Source of the DNA: Gemmatimonadota bacterium
Lineage (GTDB): Bacteria; Gemmatimonadota; Gemmatimonadetes; Gemmatimonadales; GWC2-71-9
DNA length: 64,000 bases
Direction of reading: 5' to 3'
Assembly (NCBI GenBank): GCA_029863245.1
Contig: JAOTVV010000016.1
Coordinates: forward strand, 914 to 64,913
Shown here piece by piece: positions 7,401 to 16,531 of the stretch. The notes beneath the pieces were generated by a model, which saw nothing but the letters and a program-made list of their open reading frames with translations, was not told the DNA's origin and did no database searches. How positions within the stretch are numbered: the stretch's first letter is position 1; every line of letters starts with the position of its first letter. A program made the position numbers and the translations under genes.

Positions 7401-10400
7401 CCCACCGAAGGCGTGATAGACGTCGCCGTCGAAACAGCCGATCTCCCCGACCCGGCGCTGGTGGGAGCCGGTCGCGCGGTGACGCTGTCGGTCGCGCCAG
7501 CGACTCGCGGGTGGCCCGAGCTCACGCTGCCGCTGCCCAACGGGTGGGAGCCGGTGCCCGGCAGTACCCGCCTCGCCGGTGTGCCCACGCCCGACCCGGC
7601 CGCGCGGGCCGACTCCGGTGGTGGGACCCTGCTGGTCTGGGACTTCGGGAAGCGCGCGATGGGTCCGATCACGGTCGAGATGCGCCCGGCGGCGCATACG
7701 ATGCCGGACGAGTCAGTAACCATCCCCGCACTCCGGAGCGATACAGACCGCCTGGAGGACCGTCGAACGGCATTCCTGTTCGGGCCGTCCGTCGAGATCT
7801 TCGGGCTCCAGGATGGGACGATCACCGCCCGCGATCGCGTCTTCATCGGTGTGAAGGGCGAGGCTGGGCAGCCGGTCACCCTGTACGACGGTGACTCGGT
7901 GCTTGCGCGCGGCAATATCCGGATCGACGGCATTCACGACTTCATCGCCGTTCCGCTCGACCCGGGTCCGCACGTGCTGCGCGTAGCCATGCGCAACACC
8001 TGGAGTCAGGAGCGGTGGGACAGCATCGCCGTGCACGTGAGCGACGTGCCCGCCAGCCTGGTGGGTTCGACAGGCACGCTCACGCTGCGGGCGGATGGCC
8101 AGAGTGTCGAGACCGTCCGGGTCCGGATGCTCGATCGCTGGGGCGTGCCCCTCGTGTTCCCGACGCAGGCCACGGTGACGGTGGACGGCGCCGAGGCGCT
8201 GGGGAGCGACACCGACCCCTCGTCGGTCGGGCTGCAACACCGGACCGACTCGCTCGGCTGGCTCACCGTCCGGATCAAGCCGGGCCACGAGGTGCGTCGC
8301 GGCAGGCTCGCGCTGCGAACGGCCGATGTGACGTACGAACGCCCACTCGAAACGCTGCCTGCCACGCCTCCGTTGATGGTGACCGGTGTGGGCCGAGTGG
8401 GTGTGGGCGCCAGTCCCGACGCGTTCGGTGCGATCACGGCCCGCGGTCGGCTGGATGACCGCACGTCGGTGGTGGTGAGCGTCGACTCCCGGCGCCTCGA
8501 TGCCAACCGCGAGACATTCGGCCGCGACTTCGATCCGTTGGATGAGGCCCAGTACCCCATCCTGGGCGATGCCAGCAGCGTGCGGACCGTGAGCGCGTCG
8601 CAACACGCCGTGGCCGCCCGCATCGAGCGCGGCTTCGACTGGCTCGCCATTGGTGACGTGTCGACCGGCGATTTCGCTGAGGGACTGAGCCTCGCCGCCT
8701 ACAGGCGGGCCCTGTCCGGAGGCATGGCGCGGATTGCCACGGGGCCCGTCTCCTGGCGCGGGTTTGCCAGCGTCACCAGTCAGAGCCTCGAGCAGGAACA
8801 GATCCGCGGCGCCGGCATCTCGGGTCCGTACTCACTGGGCGGCGCGGCGATCCCCGGCACCGAGCAGATCGTGGTCGAGATGCGCGATCGCGAAAACCCG
8901 CAGCGCGTGCTCACTCGACAGATGCTGGTCCGCTTCATCGACTATCAGATCGACTACCAGGTGGGAACGCTCCTGTTCAAGCGACCCGTGCCGGCTGCCG
9001 ACGCGGCCGACAACCCCGTGTTCCTGATGGTGACCTATGAGGGGCGCAGTGGAGGAGACCAGCGCCTCGTGGGTGGCGTTCGCGCCAGCCTCGATGCGCT
9101 GGGTTGGTCGAGGCTCCAGGTCGATTCGCTGCGGCTGGGTGTCACCGCGATCCATGCCGACGAGCCCGGCGGGGCGTTCGACATGACCGGCGTCGACGTG
9201 CGACTCCTCCGGTTCGCCGGGTTCGATCTGGGTGGTGAGATCTCCTACTCGCATGCTCCGGACTCGAGCGGCTTCGCCACGTCGCTCACCGGATCCGTCG
9301 AATTGTTGGGTGGCGCCGCCAAACTGTCGGCGTCGTGGATGAAGATCGGCGACGGCTTCGGGAACCCGTCCAACATCGCGCTCCGGGCCGGCACCGAGGA
9401 ATTCAAGGCTGGCGGCACGTTCCAGGTTGGCGGCACGACGCTCCGCGCGCAGCACGACTTCATGACGTCCACGTCACAGGACGTGAGCCGTCGGCGTACG
9501 ACCCTCGGCGTGGGGCAGCCGGTGGGGAAGACCCTGAGGATCGAGGCGAATCAGACACTCGACAGTTTCGAGAACGGCGCCGACGGTGACCGCTCGCAGG
9601 CGTTGGAGGGGAAGCTCGTGTGGACACCCCTCGACCGGCTCGAGTTGTGGGCCGAGGGGCGGCAGCAGCTGGGGTCGAGCGAGAGCTTGGTGCGGCCGAA
9701 TCACGTCGGGGCAGGGGCGGGCGTCAACGTCACTGATGACCTCCGCGTCGAGCTGCGGCATCGCCGCGTGCTCCTCCCCGCGGACGAGTCGTACGGGGTC
9801 ACCAACATCGGGCTCACGTCGGACGTTGGCTTCGGCACTCGGGCCTGGGGATCCTATCAACTCGCTGGCGGTGCCGGCGCGCAGTACAACGCCGCGATCA
9901 TCGGTCTCAACAACCGGATCACCCTCGGTTCGGCCTGGACGGTGAACTCGATGTTCGAGCGTCGGTTCGGACTGAACGATGCGGAGCTGGGCGACCCGGT
10001 CCGCGCGCTCCCGTTTCTGCAGGACGAAGAGGACTACTGGTCTGCCGGGCTCGGGGTGGAGCTGTTGCCGCAGGGCGCCCCCTACCGCGTGACCGCACGC
10101 GGTGAGTACCGCGACGGCGAGCGGCTGTCGACCCGCCTGTTCACGCTGGCCGGTGATCTCTCGTTGAATCGCTCGCTGGCCGTGCTGTCCCGCCAGGAGC
10201 TGCTCTCCACTGAGCAGACCCTCACTACCGGAACCGAAACCGGTCGGCGCGTCGCGTCCCTCTGGGGGGTAGCGTTCCGGCCTATCGGCAGCGAGGCGGT
10301 GAACGTGCTGACCAAGGTCTCCTGGCTCGACGAGACCAACCCTCGGAACCGGGGCGTGTTGACCAGCCTGGGTCAGGAGCAGCGCCTGATCGGGGCGGCC

Positions 10401-10814
10401 GAGGTGATTTGGACACCGACACGCCGCACCGAGCTGGCGGGCCGCTATGCCATCCGCCGCACCGAGGCCGATCGGCTGCACGAGGACGGCGTCACCCAGC
10501 GGCTCGAGTCCACGGCCGACTACGTGGGCGCGCGCACCAGCGTGATCATCAACCCGTTCCTCACCTTCCGGGCGGATGGACGTCTCCTGATCGAGCGCGC
10601 GAGCGGCACCACCCGCTGGGACGCGGCACCGGCACTCGCCGTTGGGCTGCTCGATCTCCTCGAGGTGGTGGTGGGCTACCGCTTCGGTGACCTACGGGAT
10701 CCGGACTTCTCGGTTCGCGGCGGGCATGGGGCGTTCCTCACACTCGGCACCAAGGTCACGGAAGGGTCTGTCGCGACCGTGGCCGACTTCTGGCGCTCTC
10801 GGTTCGGTAGCTGA
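4473..10814 (+). CDS. Giant outer-membrane protein: subunit-like N-terminus, three DUF11 domains, SdrD-B-like domain, OmpA-like domain, Ig-like domains and a C-terminal beta-barrel
   Basis: Signal peptide, then TAAGTEISNVAQATY. Three K...G..(L/I/A).YT...D.(I/L)P modules. VIGKAWLDVNDDG...TTDGDGKFSF; GHTS...LSLERA...NRRVE; long amphipathic beta-strand C-terminus. Start set at ATG 4473 (RBS, downstream of the promoter). Confidence 0.88.
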   Translation: MPHAGRTMRTGIRPGRGLLGAVAVLLCCGLPLEAQGPTAAGTEISNVAQATYVAPNGHTFTAVSNVLVVTVAQMAGVDLAPPRTTTANPGGRVVFAHTVTNAGNGTDSVRLSATSAAGWPTLIYRDLNGDGVLDAGESQIQGPVTLSAGAAMALLVVVDVPTSATVRGTTDSVTVVAVSEFDGSRRDACVDVLQIQDVGVLVTLSKLVDRTTATAGDILTYTVSYAATGTNTALTLAMADPIPLGSSYVAGSLEWNGAPLTDGTGDDAGTFDPAGNRVLFGVGDVPGGQSGVVAFQVRIDGGLAAATPVANNASASYGTVAGTDSVASNTVVTTIVLAQLGLEKVLVGPTTARIGEQISYTLVSVNRSSTTPARDVVLSDTLPPELEYVTASPGANVLGQVVSWTLGEVAPGDSVRVSLTARVSSLVRDTLSVRNLAVLAATNAPTQTAMSDGVDLVGLLPNQLSLEKTADVLEVGLGETAPYTLVLENTGDNALSGIVIVDTLPLGGRYAEGSAIGADSVRVDGRVVTFFVTGPLAPGAKHTVRYTMAVVSAETPVLENRAVATAEGGFVVASMQLAWVRVRRSWPMETRAVIGKAWLDVNDDGRQGAGELGVAGLDVWTDDGEVATTDGDGKFSFRNVRPGGHAFRIDPTTVPAGYRIAASDRIVPVDADGWTTPNVQFRLVPTTGRVEGARIPVPWTVAVRHVRPPADSPPPTLAVTAQITDAVDSTEAASPSVPLAVLPVTFGVGSAVLTSESHTVLDDVAGLLVASPEVEVEIAGHTSSTGPRLLNLRLSLERATSVTDYLIASGIDRSRVRVEAYGPDRPAASNDTPEGRARNRRVEMNLVRGTNAAAAATFVRGLASVGLADSALVPSAPPAPRPPVTEYAVTLANPTGRPLDGLSLRFETPPDSARLVIGGAPAHVDPATMALPPIAPRANVALTVWATATGDSTWVALQAPGRAGERMAVSVADLPVPTEGVIDVAVETADLPDPALVGAGRAVTLSVAPATRGWPELTLPLPNGWEPVPGSTRLAGVPTPDPAARADSGGGTLLVWDFGKRAMGPITVEMRPAAHTMPDESVTIPALRSDTDRLEDRRTAFLFGPSVEIFGLQDGTITARDRVFIGVKGEAGQPVTLYDGDSVLARGNIRIDGIHDFIAVPLDPGPHVLRVAMRNTWSQERWDSIAVHVSDVPASLVGSTGTLTLRADGQSVETVRVRMLDRWGVPLVFPTQATVTVDGAEALGSDTDPSSVGLQHRTDSLGWLTVRIKPGHEVRRGRLALRTADVTYERPLETLPATPPLMVTGVGRVGVGASPDAFGAITARGRLDDRTSVVVSVDSRRLDANRETFGRDFDPLDEAQYPILGDASSVRTVSASQHAVAARIERGFDWLAIGDVSTGDFAEGLSLAAYRRALSGGMARIATGPVSWRGFASVTSQSLEQEQIRGAGISGPYSLGGAAIPGTEQIVVEMRDRENPQRVLTRQMLVRFIDYQIDYQVGTLLFKRPVPAADAADNPVFLMVTYEGRSGGDQRLVGGVRASLDALGWSRLQVDSLRLGVTAIHADEPGGAFDMTGVDVRLLRFAGFDLGGEISYSHAPDSSGFATSLTGSVELLGGAAKLSASWMKIGDGFGNPSNIALRAGTEEFKAGGTFQVGGTTLRAQHDFMTSTSQDVSRRRTTLGVGQPVGKTLRIEANQTLDSFENGADGDRSQALEGKLVWTPLDRLELWAEGRQQLGSSESLVRPNHVGAGAGVNVTDDLRVELRHRRVLLPADESYGVTNIGLTSDVGFGTRAWGSYQLAGGAGAQYNAAIIGLNNRITLGSAWTVNSMFERRFGLNDAELGDPVRALPFLQDEEDYWSAGLGVELLPQGAPYRVTARGEYRDGERLSTRLFTLAGDLSLNRSLAVLSRQELLSTEQTLTTGTETGRRVASLWGVAFRPIGSEAVNVLTKVSWLDETNPRNRGVLTSLGQEQRLIGAAEVIWTPTRRTELAGRYAIRRTEADRLHEDGVTQRLESTADYVGARTSVIINPFLTFRADGRLLIERASGTTRWDAAPALAVGLLDLLEVVVGYRFGDLRDPDFSVRGGHGAFLTLGTKVTEGSVATVADFWRSRFGS

Positions 10815-10885
10815 TATTAGAGATCGCCTCATTCTCGGACGGCGAGCTGGGGCCGTCGCTTGAGGGCCGAACCGCAGCCGAAGGA

Positions 10886-11335
10886 GTGACCGAGCCCATG
10901 ACGCAGATCAACATGCAGCGCGTTGCCCTGGGGGCCCTGGCGGCCGGAGCCGTGATCTTCGTGGCCGAGCGGATCCTGAGCCAGTTCTACATGGGCCCGA
11001 TGCAGGCATCGCTCGAGGCCCACAACCTGTCCATGGACGTCACGGTGAGCGGCTTCGTGCTAGCGGCACTGGTCTCGCTGCTCGTCGGCTTCGCGCTGGT
11101 CTGGTTCTATGCCGCGGTGCGGTCGCGGTTCGGTCCCGGACCCAAGGCCGCCGCACTCGTGAGCGTCGTGTTGTGGCTGGGCGGCTACGTGCCGTCGGTG
11201 CTGGGCTACAAGATGATGGGGCTATTCACCGACTGGCTGCTTGTGTTCTGGGCGCTCACGGGGCTCGCCGAAGTAATCGTGGCCACGATGGTCGGCGGTT
11301 GGCTCTACAGGGAGAGCGAGTCGGGCGCAGCGTAG
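10886..11335 (+). CDS. Hypothetical membrane protein with four hydrophobic helices
   Basis: Four hydrophobic segments. AAGGAG RBS; start may be ATG 10898. Confidence 0.75.
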   Translation: MTEPMTQINMQRVALGALAAGAVIFVAERILSQFYMGPMQASLEAHNLSMDVTVSGFVLAALVSLLVGFALVWFYAAVRSRFGPGPKAAALVSVVLWLGGYVPSVLGYKMMGLFTDWLLVFWALTGLAEVIVATMVGGWLYRESESGAA

Positions 11336-11434
11336 CTCGGGGGTTCCTTGCCCCCGGCGGCATTGGGCATTAGGGTGCGCGCGGGCAGCGCGGCGGCTAT
11401 CGGCGACTTGCGCCGAGGTATAGCTTCACTCGCG

Positions 11435-12484
11435 ATGCAGACCCTGATTGAGCAGTGGAGCGGCGAAGCGGTCGTCACGAGGTACGATCGGGAGACCGAG
11501 ACCTGGGTCTTCATCGCCATTCACGACACGACCCTGGGTCCCGCCATGGGCGGGTGCCGCGTCTGGCAGTATCCGACGCCGGCCGATGGTCTGCGTGATG
11601 CGATGCGTCTCGCCGAGGGCATGACACATAAGTGGGCAGCCATCGGGTTCGACCTCGGTGGTGGGAAGAGCGTGCTCGCTGTGCCACGTCCGTTGGAGGG
11701 CGACGCGCGACGGGGGTTGCTGCGGCGGTTCGGGCGGCTCGTCGCGTCGCTCTGCGGTGCCTACCAATGTGGGCCCGATCTCGGGACCACCCCGGACGAC
11801 ATGGCCGTGATCGGCGAAGAGACCGAGTACGTGCACGGCTACGATCGCGTCCACGGCCAGCCGGTCGATCCCGGACCGTTTACGGCGCTCGGCGTATTTG
11901 TGGGGATGCGCGCTGCGCTGCAGCAGGCGTTCGGGTCCGTCGAGTTTGCCGGGCGGACGGTGCTGGTGCAGGGGATCGGTGACGTTGGCGTGCCGCTGGC
12001 ACGTCAGGTGGCCGAGGCCGGGGCCACGCTCGTGCTGAGCGACACCGACCACAACCGGGCGGAGCGGCTCGCCACAGCGCTTGGCGCACGCACGGTGCCG
12101 GCCGACCAGATCTCCACGACGCCGTGTGACGTGTATGCTCCCTGCGCCATCGGGGGGATACTCAACGCGACTACGATCCCGCTTCTCGGCTGCCGCGTCG
12201 TGGCGGGGTCGGCCAACAACCAACTGGCGGAGCCGGCCGACGCCGACCGGATGCACCGGCGGGGGATTCTCTACGCCCCGGATTATGTGATCAACGCCGG
12301 CGGGGCAACTGCGCTACCGCTGCTCGGGCGAGGGCACGCGGCCGAGGAGGTTCTGGACCGCATTCGAACGTTCGAGCGGACCCTCACCGAGATCTTTTCC
12401 GTGGCTGTGGCGAACGACGAGTCGCCGTATCACGCCGCACAGCGCCGAGTGGACCGGGTGCTGACGGCGAGGCGGCGTGCCTGA
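11435..12484 (+). CDS. Glu/Leu/Phe/Val dehydrogenase (leucine dehydrogenase-like)
   Basis: IAIHDTTLGPAMGGCR, GGGKSV, VQGIGDVG, GSANNQL, APDYVINAGG. Confidence 0.92.
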   Translation: MQTLIEQWSGEAVVTRYDRETETWVFIAIHDTTLGPAMGGCRVWQYPTPADGLRDAMRLAEGMTHKWAAIGFDLGGGKSVLAVPRPLEGDARRGLLRRFGRLVASLCGAYQCGPDLGTTPDDMAVIGEETEYVHGYDRVHGQPVDPGPFTALGVFVGMRAALQQAFGSVEFAGRTVLVQGIGDVGVPLARQVAEAGATLVLSDTDHNRAERLATALGARTVPADQISTTPCDVYAPCAIGGILNATTIPLLGCRVVAGSANNQLAEPADADRMHRRGILYAPDYVINAGGATALPLLGRGHAAEEVLDRIRTFERTLTEIFSVAVANDESPYHAAQRRVDRVLTARRRA

Positions 12485-12511
12485 CGATTCCGGGCCCGGG
12501 GGCCAGGGTGT

Positions 12512-13219
12512 CTAGGGACCGCCTAATCGGACGCGCGCGCCGAGAAAGAGATCGTACAGTGTGCGCGCGGTGGTGGGTTGTCCGAAGTCACCGTACACCG
12601 CGCCCTCTCGGTAGCGGTTGCGGAGCACACCGATCTCGACGGTGGGTCGGCCGCCGGTGTTCCACGAGGCCCCTGCGACCAGCGCGAGCATCGACTGGCC
12701 GCTTTCCTGATAGCGGGTGACGACGGGATCGTCCCCGGCCGGGCCGCCCGAGAAGATGAGAGACAGGCCCGCAAATGGTTCCCAGCTTCCAAGGTCCTGA
12801 CCGTAGCGCACCCCTACGTTGCCCGGGAACATCCACGCACCCTGTGCAATGAATGCCAAGTGGTGCGGGCCGTCGGTGGGGAGCATGGCGAATTTGAGGT
12901 ACGGCCAGAGGACGATGGTTTGCGGGTTCTCACCGAAGCGCGTGAAGGCGTCGCCACTCAAGCTGGCGAATCCCTCCTCGAGGTAGATGCCGATCGGGAG
13001 GCCGAGCTCCACGCGGTCGCCGAACGCAAAGGAGGGAGCCAGGTACGCGATGTAGTCGGGGCCCTGCGCCTCACCATTTCGGGCCTGGTCGCCGAGCACG
13101 GTTACACCGGCGTCGACATGCAGGCCCGGATCGATGCGTGCCGTGTGGAGCGTTGGGAAACAAGCGCTCACGGCCATCGTCACGCTCGGGATCAGTGCCA
13201 ACTGCCACCGTCGCCTCAC
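12512..13219 (-). CDS. Hypothetical exported beta-strand protein, probable lipoprotein
   Basis: Lipobox-like VSAC, amphipathic strands, and a terminal strand YDLFLGARVRL. Confidence 0.65.
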   Translation of the reverse strand: MRRRWQLALIPSVTMAVSACFPTLHTARIDPGLHVDAGVTVLGDQARNGEAQGPDYIAYLAPSFAFGDRVELGLPIGIYLEEGFASLSGDAFTRFGENPQTIVLWPYLKFAMLPTDGPHHLAFIAQGAWMFPGNVGVRYGQDLGSWEPFAGLSLIFSGGPAGDDPVVTRYQESGQSMLALVAGASWNTGGRPTVEIGVLRNRYREGAVYGDFGQPTTARTLYDLFLGARVRLGGP

Positions 13220-13304
13220 CCTTGCACCGCCTGAGAGATCCTTTGGGATATTGGCGCGACGCCGTGACCCGACCGTTCTCCCGGCCGTGACCCTGCCGAC
13301 TCCG

Positions 13305-14327
13305 TCAGTCCTCGTCAGGCGGTTCGGTAGGCTTCGTCTCGTCCCGGGTCTCGCCCCCGGTCTTCAGGAGTCCGGCACCGCCCGCGAGTCCCGCGAGGCC
13401 CAGGATGTTGGGTGTATTGAGCGAGTCCGCGAGTCCGGACGGCACCACCATGAGCGATCCGCGCTTCACGATGCTCTCGTAGAGCATGTTCATCGCTCGC
13501 AGGTTGAGCGCCACGGGGTTCTGGCTGTAGCTCTCCGCGGCCTCGACGAACTTCGAGGCGATCTGCGTCTCCGCCGTGCCGAGGATGATCCGCGCCTGGC
13601 GCTCGCGCTCGGCCTGGGCCTGCCGCGACATGGCCTCTTCCAGCGCTTTCGGGATGATCACGTCGCGAATCTCGACCGACTGCACCTGGATGCCCCAGTC
13701 GTGCATCTTCTCGTCCAGGATCTGCTGCAGTCCACGTCCCAGTTCCTTGCGCGACTGAATCAGCTCGGCGAGGTCGTGCTTCCCGATGGCGTCGCGGAGT
13801 GCGGTCTGGGCCGCGAGCACCACCGCCTGCTGGTATTCCTGCACCTCGAGCGCGGCGCGCTCGGCATCGTACACGATCCAGAACGCGATCGCGTCGACGT
13901 TCACGGGCACGGTGTCCTTGGTGAGGCACGACTCGGCGCCGAAGTCGGTGGTGCGGATTCGCTGGTCGATGTGATAGGTGACGCGATCGATCACCGGGAT
14001 GACGTAGAACAGCCCGGGTCCGCGGAGCCCGCGATACTTGCCGAGCCGCAGCACCACCGCCTTCTCCCATTGGTCGGCGAACTTGATGGACGAGCCCACG
14101 AACGCGCCCGCCACCGCGGCAATGCCGCCGACGACGAGTGCGCCAACCGGTGGTGTGAGCAGCGAGAACAGGGCCCCGATCCCTATGACGCTGGCGGCCG
14201 TGACGAAGCCGCCAAGCATGGCGGCCGGGGGATACCGTGTGTCGGTGGGCGAGGTCATGCTGGGCCTCCCGGTATACCGTCTCGGTGCGGGTGTCTTCGC
14301 GCGCACCGGCAGGAACTCGTTGATCAT
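13305..14327 (-). CDS. SPFH / band 7 (slipin) family membrane protein
   Basis: QWEKAVVLRLG, GPGLFYVIP, LTKDTVPVNVDA, AQAERERQAR. ATGA overlap with the upstream GntR; alternative start 14258. Confidence 0.92.
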   Translation of the reverse strand: MINEFLPVRAKTPAPRRYTGRPSMTSPTDTRYPPAAMLGGFVTAASVIGIGALFSLLTPPVGALVVGGIAAVAGAFVGSSIKFADQWEKAVVLRLGKYRGLRGPGLFYVIPVIDRVTYHIDQRIRTTDFGAESCLTKDTVPVNVDAIAFWIVYDAERAALEVQEYQQAVVLAAQTALRDAIGKHDLAELIQSRKELGRGLQQILDEKMHDWGIQVQSVEIRDVIIPKALEEAMSRQAQAERERQARIILGTAETQIASKFVEAAESYSQNPVALNLRAMNMLYESIVKRGSLMVVPSGLADSLNTPNILGLAGLAGGAGLLKTGGETRDETKPTEPPDED

Positions 14328-14761
14328 TCCGCCTCCCGCGTTCCGCCCTCACGGCGCGCTGCGCGCGACTCGGCGAGAGCATCGATGATGTCGTCGATGG
14401 TGAACCCGAATGCGCGCCCCTGGGCGAGCATATCGGTGCACAGCCGGTCGAGTTGCGCACGCCGCTCGATCGCGGACGTGTCGGGCGACGTCAGAGCGAC
14501 GAACGTGCCACCCGGTCGTGTGACCAGCACCCCGAGCAGCTCGAGCTCCTTGTAGGCCCGCTGCACGGCGTTAGGGTGCACGCTCAGATCGATGGCGAGC
14601 TGCCGGACCGTCGGAAGCCGCTCACCGGTCTCCAGCGTGCCCGTCACCACCTCCAGCCAGATCCGATCGACGATCTGGCGAAACAGGGGCTCGTCACTGC
14701 CCGGGTCCAGATAGACCGCCAGCCGTTGGGCGATCCCTGCGCGCTCGTCCGGCAACCGCAC
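14324..14761 (-). CDS. GntR family regulator (short YtrA-like)
   Basis: PLFRQI...GERLPTVRQLAIDLSVHPNAVQRAYKELE...GTFV. Confidence 0.92.
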   Translation of the reverse strand: MRLPDERAGIAQRLAVYLDPGSDEPLFRQIVDRIWLEVVTGTLETGERLPTVRQLAIDLSVHPNAVQRAYKELELLGVLVTRPGGTFVALTSPDTSAIERRAQLDRLCTDMLAQGRAFGFTIDDIIDALAESRAARREGGTREAE

Positions 14762-14886
14762 CTCCCCGTGAGTCTAGGCAAGGATATGAACTCGTCCGGG
14801 CGAAGGCCAGTCGGACGTCTCCCGGACTGGTCTCTCGGGGACGCTCCGGGCATCATTGAAGAGCAGACGCTCACAGGTGGACGTGC

Positions 14887-15429
14887 ATGGAGCAGCAATC
14901 CAGACTCACCGTGTCCGGAACGTTGAACGCCGCCGTCGCGCGGCTCGATTGGATCTCCGGTGTGGGTGCCCGAGCCGTCCGCGCCGCGGCGGTGGTCGCG
15001 GTCGGTGGAGCCCTTGGCTGTTGGGCCCTCGTCTATCCGGGTCTGGGTGGGGTTCGCCCGCTCGTGTTTGCGCTCAGCCTCGCTCCGGCGGCTCTGCTGT
15101 GGTACTACGCGCGAGCGCTGGATGCCGCCGTGACGGCCGTTCGAGTCCAGGATGCCTTCCGCGATCTCGTCGACAAGACCACGAGTCAGGCGGGACAGGT
15201 GAGGGCGTCGCTCCAGACCGGACGGTTCCGGCTGCTGCGTGGGGTGTTCCGTGCCCTCCGCGCTGCCCGTGCGCTGCGAAGCGATCTGGACACGCTCGGG
15301 GTAGACCTGGCCAATTGGATGATCGTGAGCAACCCACTCTGGCTCGTCATCACGGCCGTGGCTGCCGGCAGCAGCGTGCTCCTCGTGGTCGTTGCGCTCG
15401 CAGCGGGCATCCTGCGTCTCGTCTTCTGA
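14887..15429 (+). CDS. Hypothetical membrane protein
   Basis: Three hydrophobic segments, plausible RBS, fills the intergenic space. Confidence 0.6.
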   Translation: MEQQSRLTVSGTLNAAVARLDWISGVGARAVRAAAVVAVGGALGCWALVYPGLGGVRPLVFALSLAPAALLWYYARALDAAVTAVRVQDAFRDLVDKTTSQAGQVRASLQTGRFRLLRGVFRALRAARALRSDLDTLGVDLANWMIVSNPLWLVITAVAAGSSVLLVVVALAAGILRLVF

Positions 15430-15457
15430 ACCAACGGAACCAACCCGAGGAGCAGTC

Positions 15458-15691
15458 ATGGGCTACCGACGATTCACCGACCGGGCCGGGCACGTGTGGG
15501 AAGTGCGTGACCGAACGAGGAACGCGTGGCAGCTCGAGCCCGTATCGGGCAACCCTGGCCGGGGCCTGACGGTGCCGGCTCCGGGATACGAGCAGGACCC
15601 GTTCGAGCTGAGCGAGGAGGAATTGCTGCGGATGCTCGATGCGGCGGCGGGGACCCTGTCTCGCCCAAAGAAATCACCGTTCGCGGACTAG
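15458..15691 (+). CDS. Small hypothetical protein
   Basis: GAGGAG RBS. RRFTDRAGHVWEV...ELSEEELLRMLDAA with coding-like codon usage. Confidence 0.75.
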   Translation: MGYRRFTDRAGHVWEVRDRTRNAWQLEPVSGNPGRGLTVPAPGYEQDPFELSEEELLRMLDAAAGTLSRPKKSPFAD

Positions 15692-15825
15692 ACCGTTCCC
15701 CGATGGCTCGAGGGGGTTGCTTCCCGTCGGACGCCGTCGTATATGGGGAACAGATGGTGTCTACGGCCGGCGCCGGCGCCGCGGGATGCCCCGTCGGATC
15801 GCAACCCACCAGGAGGTGGTGACTC

Positions 15826-16350
15826 GTGAGCCGCACCAAGTCCTTGCTGGTCATCGTGGGGGTCGCCATCGCCGGCTACGTCGGCGTGAACGCCTTCATG
15901 ATCGGGGGGCACCTGGTGCGTCACCGAGAGGATCGCTCGGCGCTCAAGGCACTCGCCGTGCGCCTGGAGGCCGAACAGTCGCGGATCGCCGCGCTCGAGC
16001 AGGAGTTGGCCAACCTTGAGCGCACGCTCGGGGAGACCGAGCGCAACTCCCAGCGGCTCCGCGAGTGGATCGAGGACGTGGAGGCCCAGTACCCGCGTGG
16101 GATCCCGGCCGGCATGTACGACGAGTACACCTCGGTGGTCGATCGCTACAACGGGCTCATCCGGGATTACAACCAGACCGCCACGCAGCTCCAAGCCCTC
16201 CAGTCGCAGTACGCCGCCACGGTGGACAGCTTCAACCTGCAGGTGGAGCAGGCCAACGCCCTGGTCCGCAAGATCGGGGACATCCCGCATCTGCTTCCCA
16301 TCGATCTTCCCCGGGCGGTGACCGGCGAGGTCACCGTCCCGAGCAGGTAG
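15826..16350 (+). CDS. Membrane-anchored coiled-coil protein
   Basis: AGGAGG RBS, N-terminal TM helix, heptad-rich body with YN repeats. Confidence 0.75.
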   Translation: MSRTKSLLVIVGVAIAGYVGVNAFMIGGHLVRHREDRSALKALAVRLEAEQSRIAALEQELANLERTLGETERNSQRLREWIEDVEAQYPRGIPAGMYDEYTSVVDRYNGLIRDYNQTATQLQALQSQYAATVDSFNLQVEQANALVRKIGDIPHLLPIDLPRAVTGEVTVPSR

Positions 16351-16531
16351 GCCCGACCCTCGGGCCAGAGGCTGCCGGTCGACCCTCAGCTCGTCGGCGT
16401 TCTTTCCGCCGGGTGTCCGACTAACACCCGGCCATCGATCACGGCGGACTACCACGCCGAGTGGCACGCACTCCAGAGACGCTCTACACTTAGCGCGATC
16501 GGCACATGCTCACCGGAACCAGGAGCGTCTC

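Noticed and set aside
2396-10814. Classical chaperone-usher, type IV, curli, sortase or T9SS assignment of the fibre locus
   Set aside because: No PapD/PapC motifs, prepilin site, CsgA repeats or LPXTG. The DY.IDY..G similarity to SprA-like barrels is too short to call.
11419-11437. Possible leaderless promoter (TAGCTT-N8-ATG) for the leucine dehydrogenase gene
   Set aside because: A single weak hexamer is not enough to call a feature.
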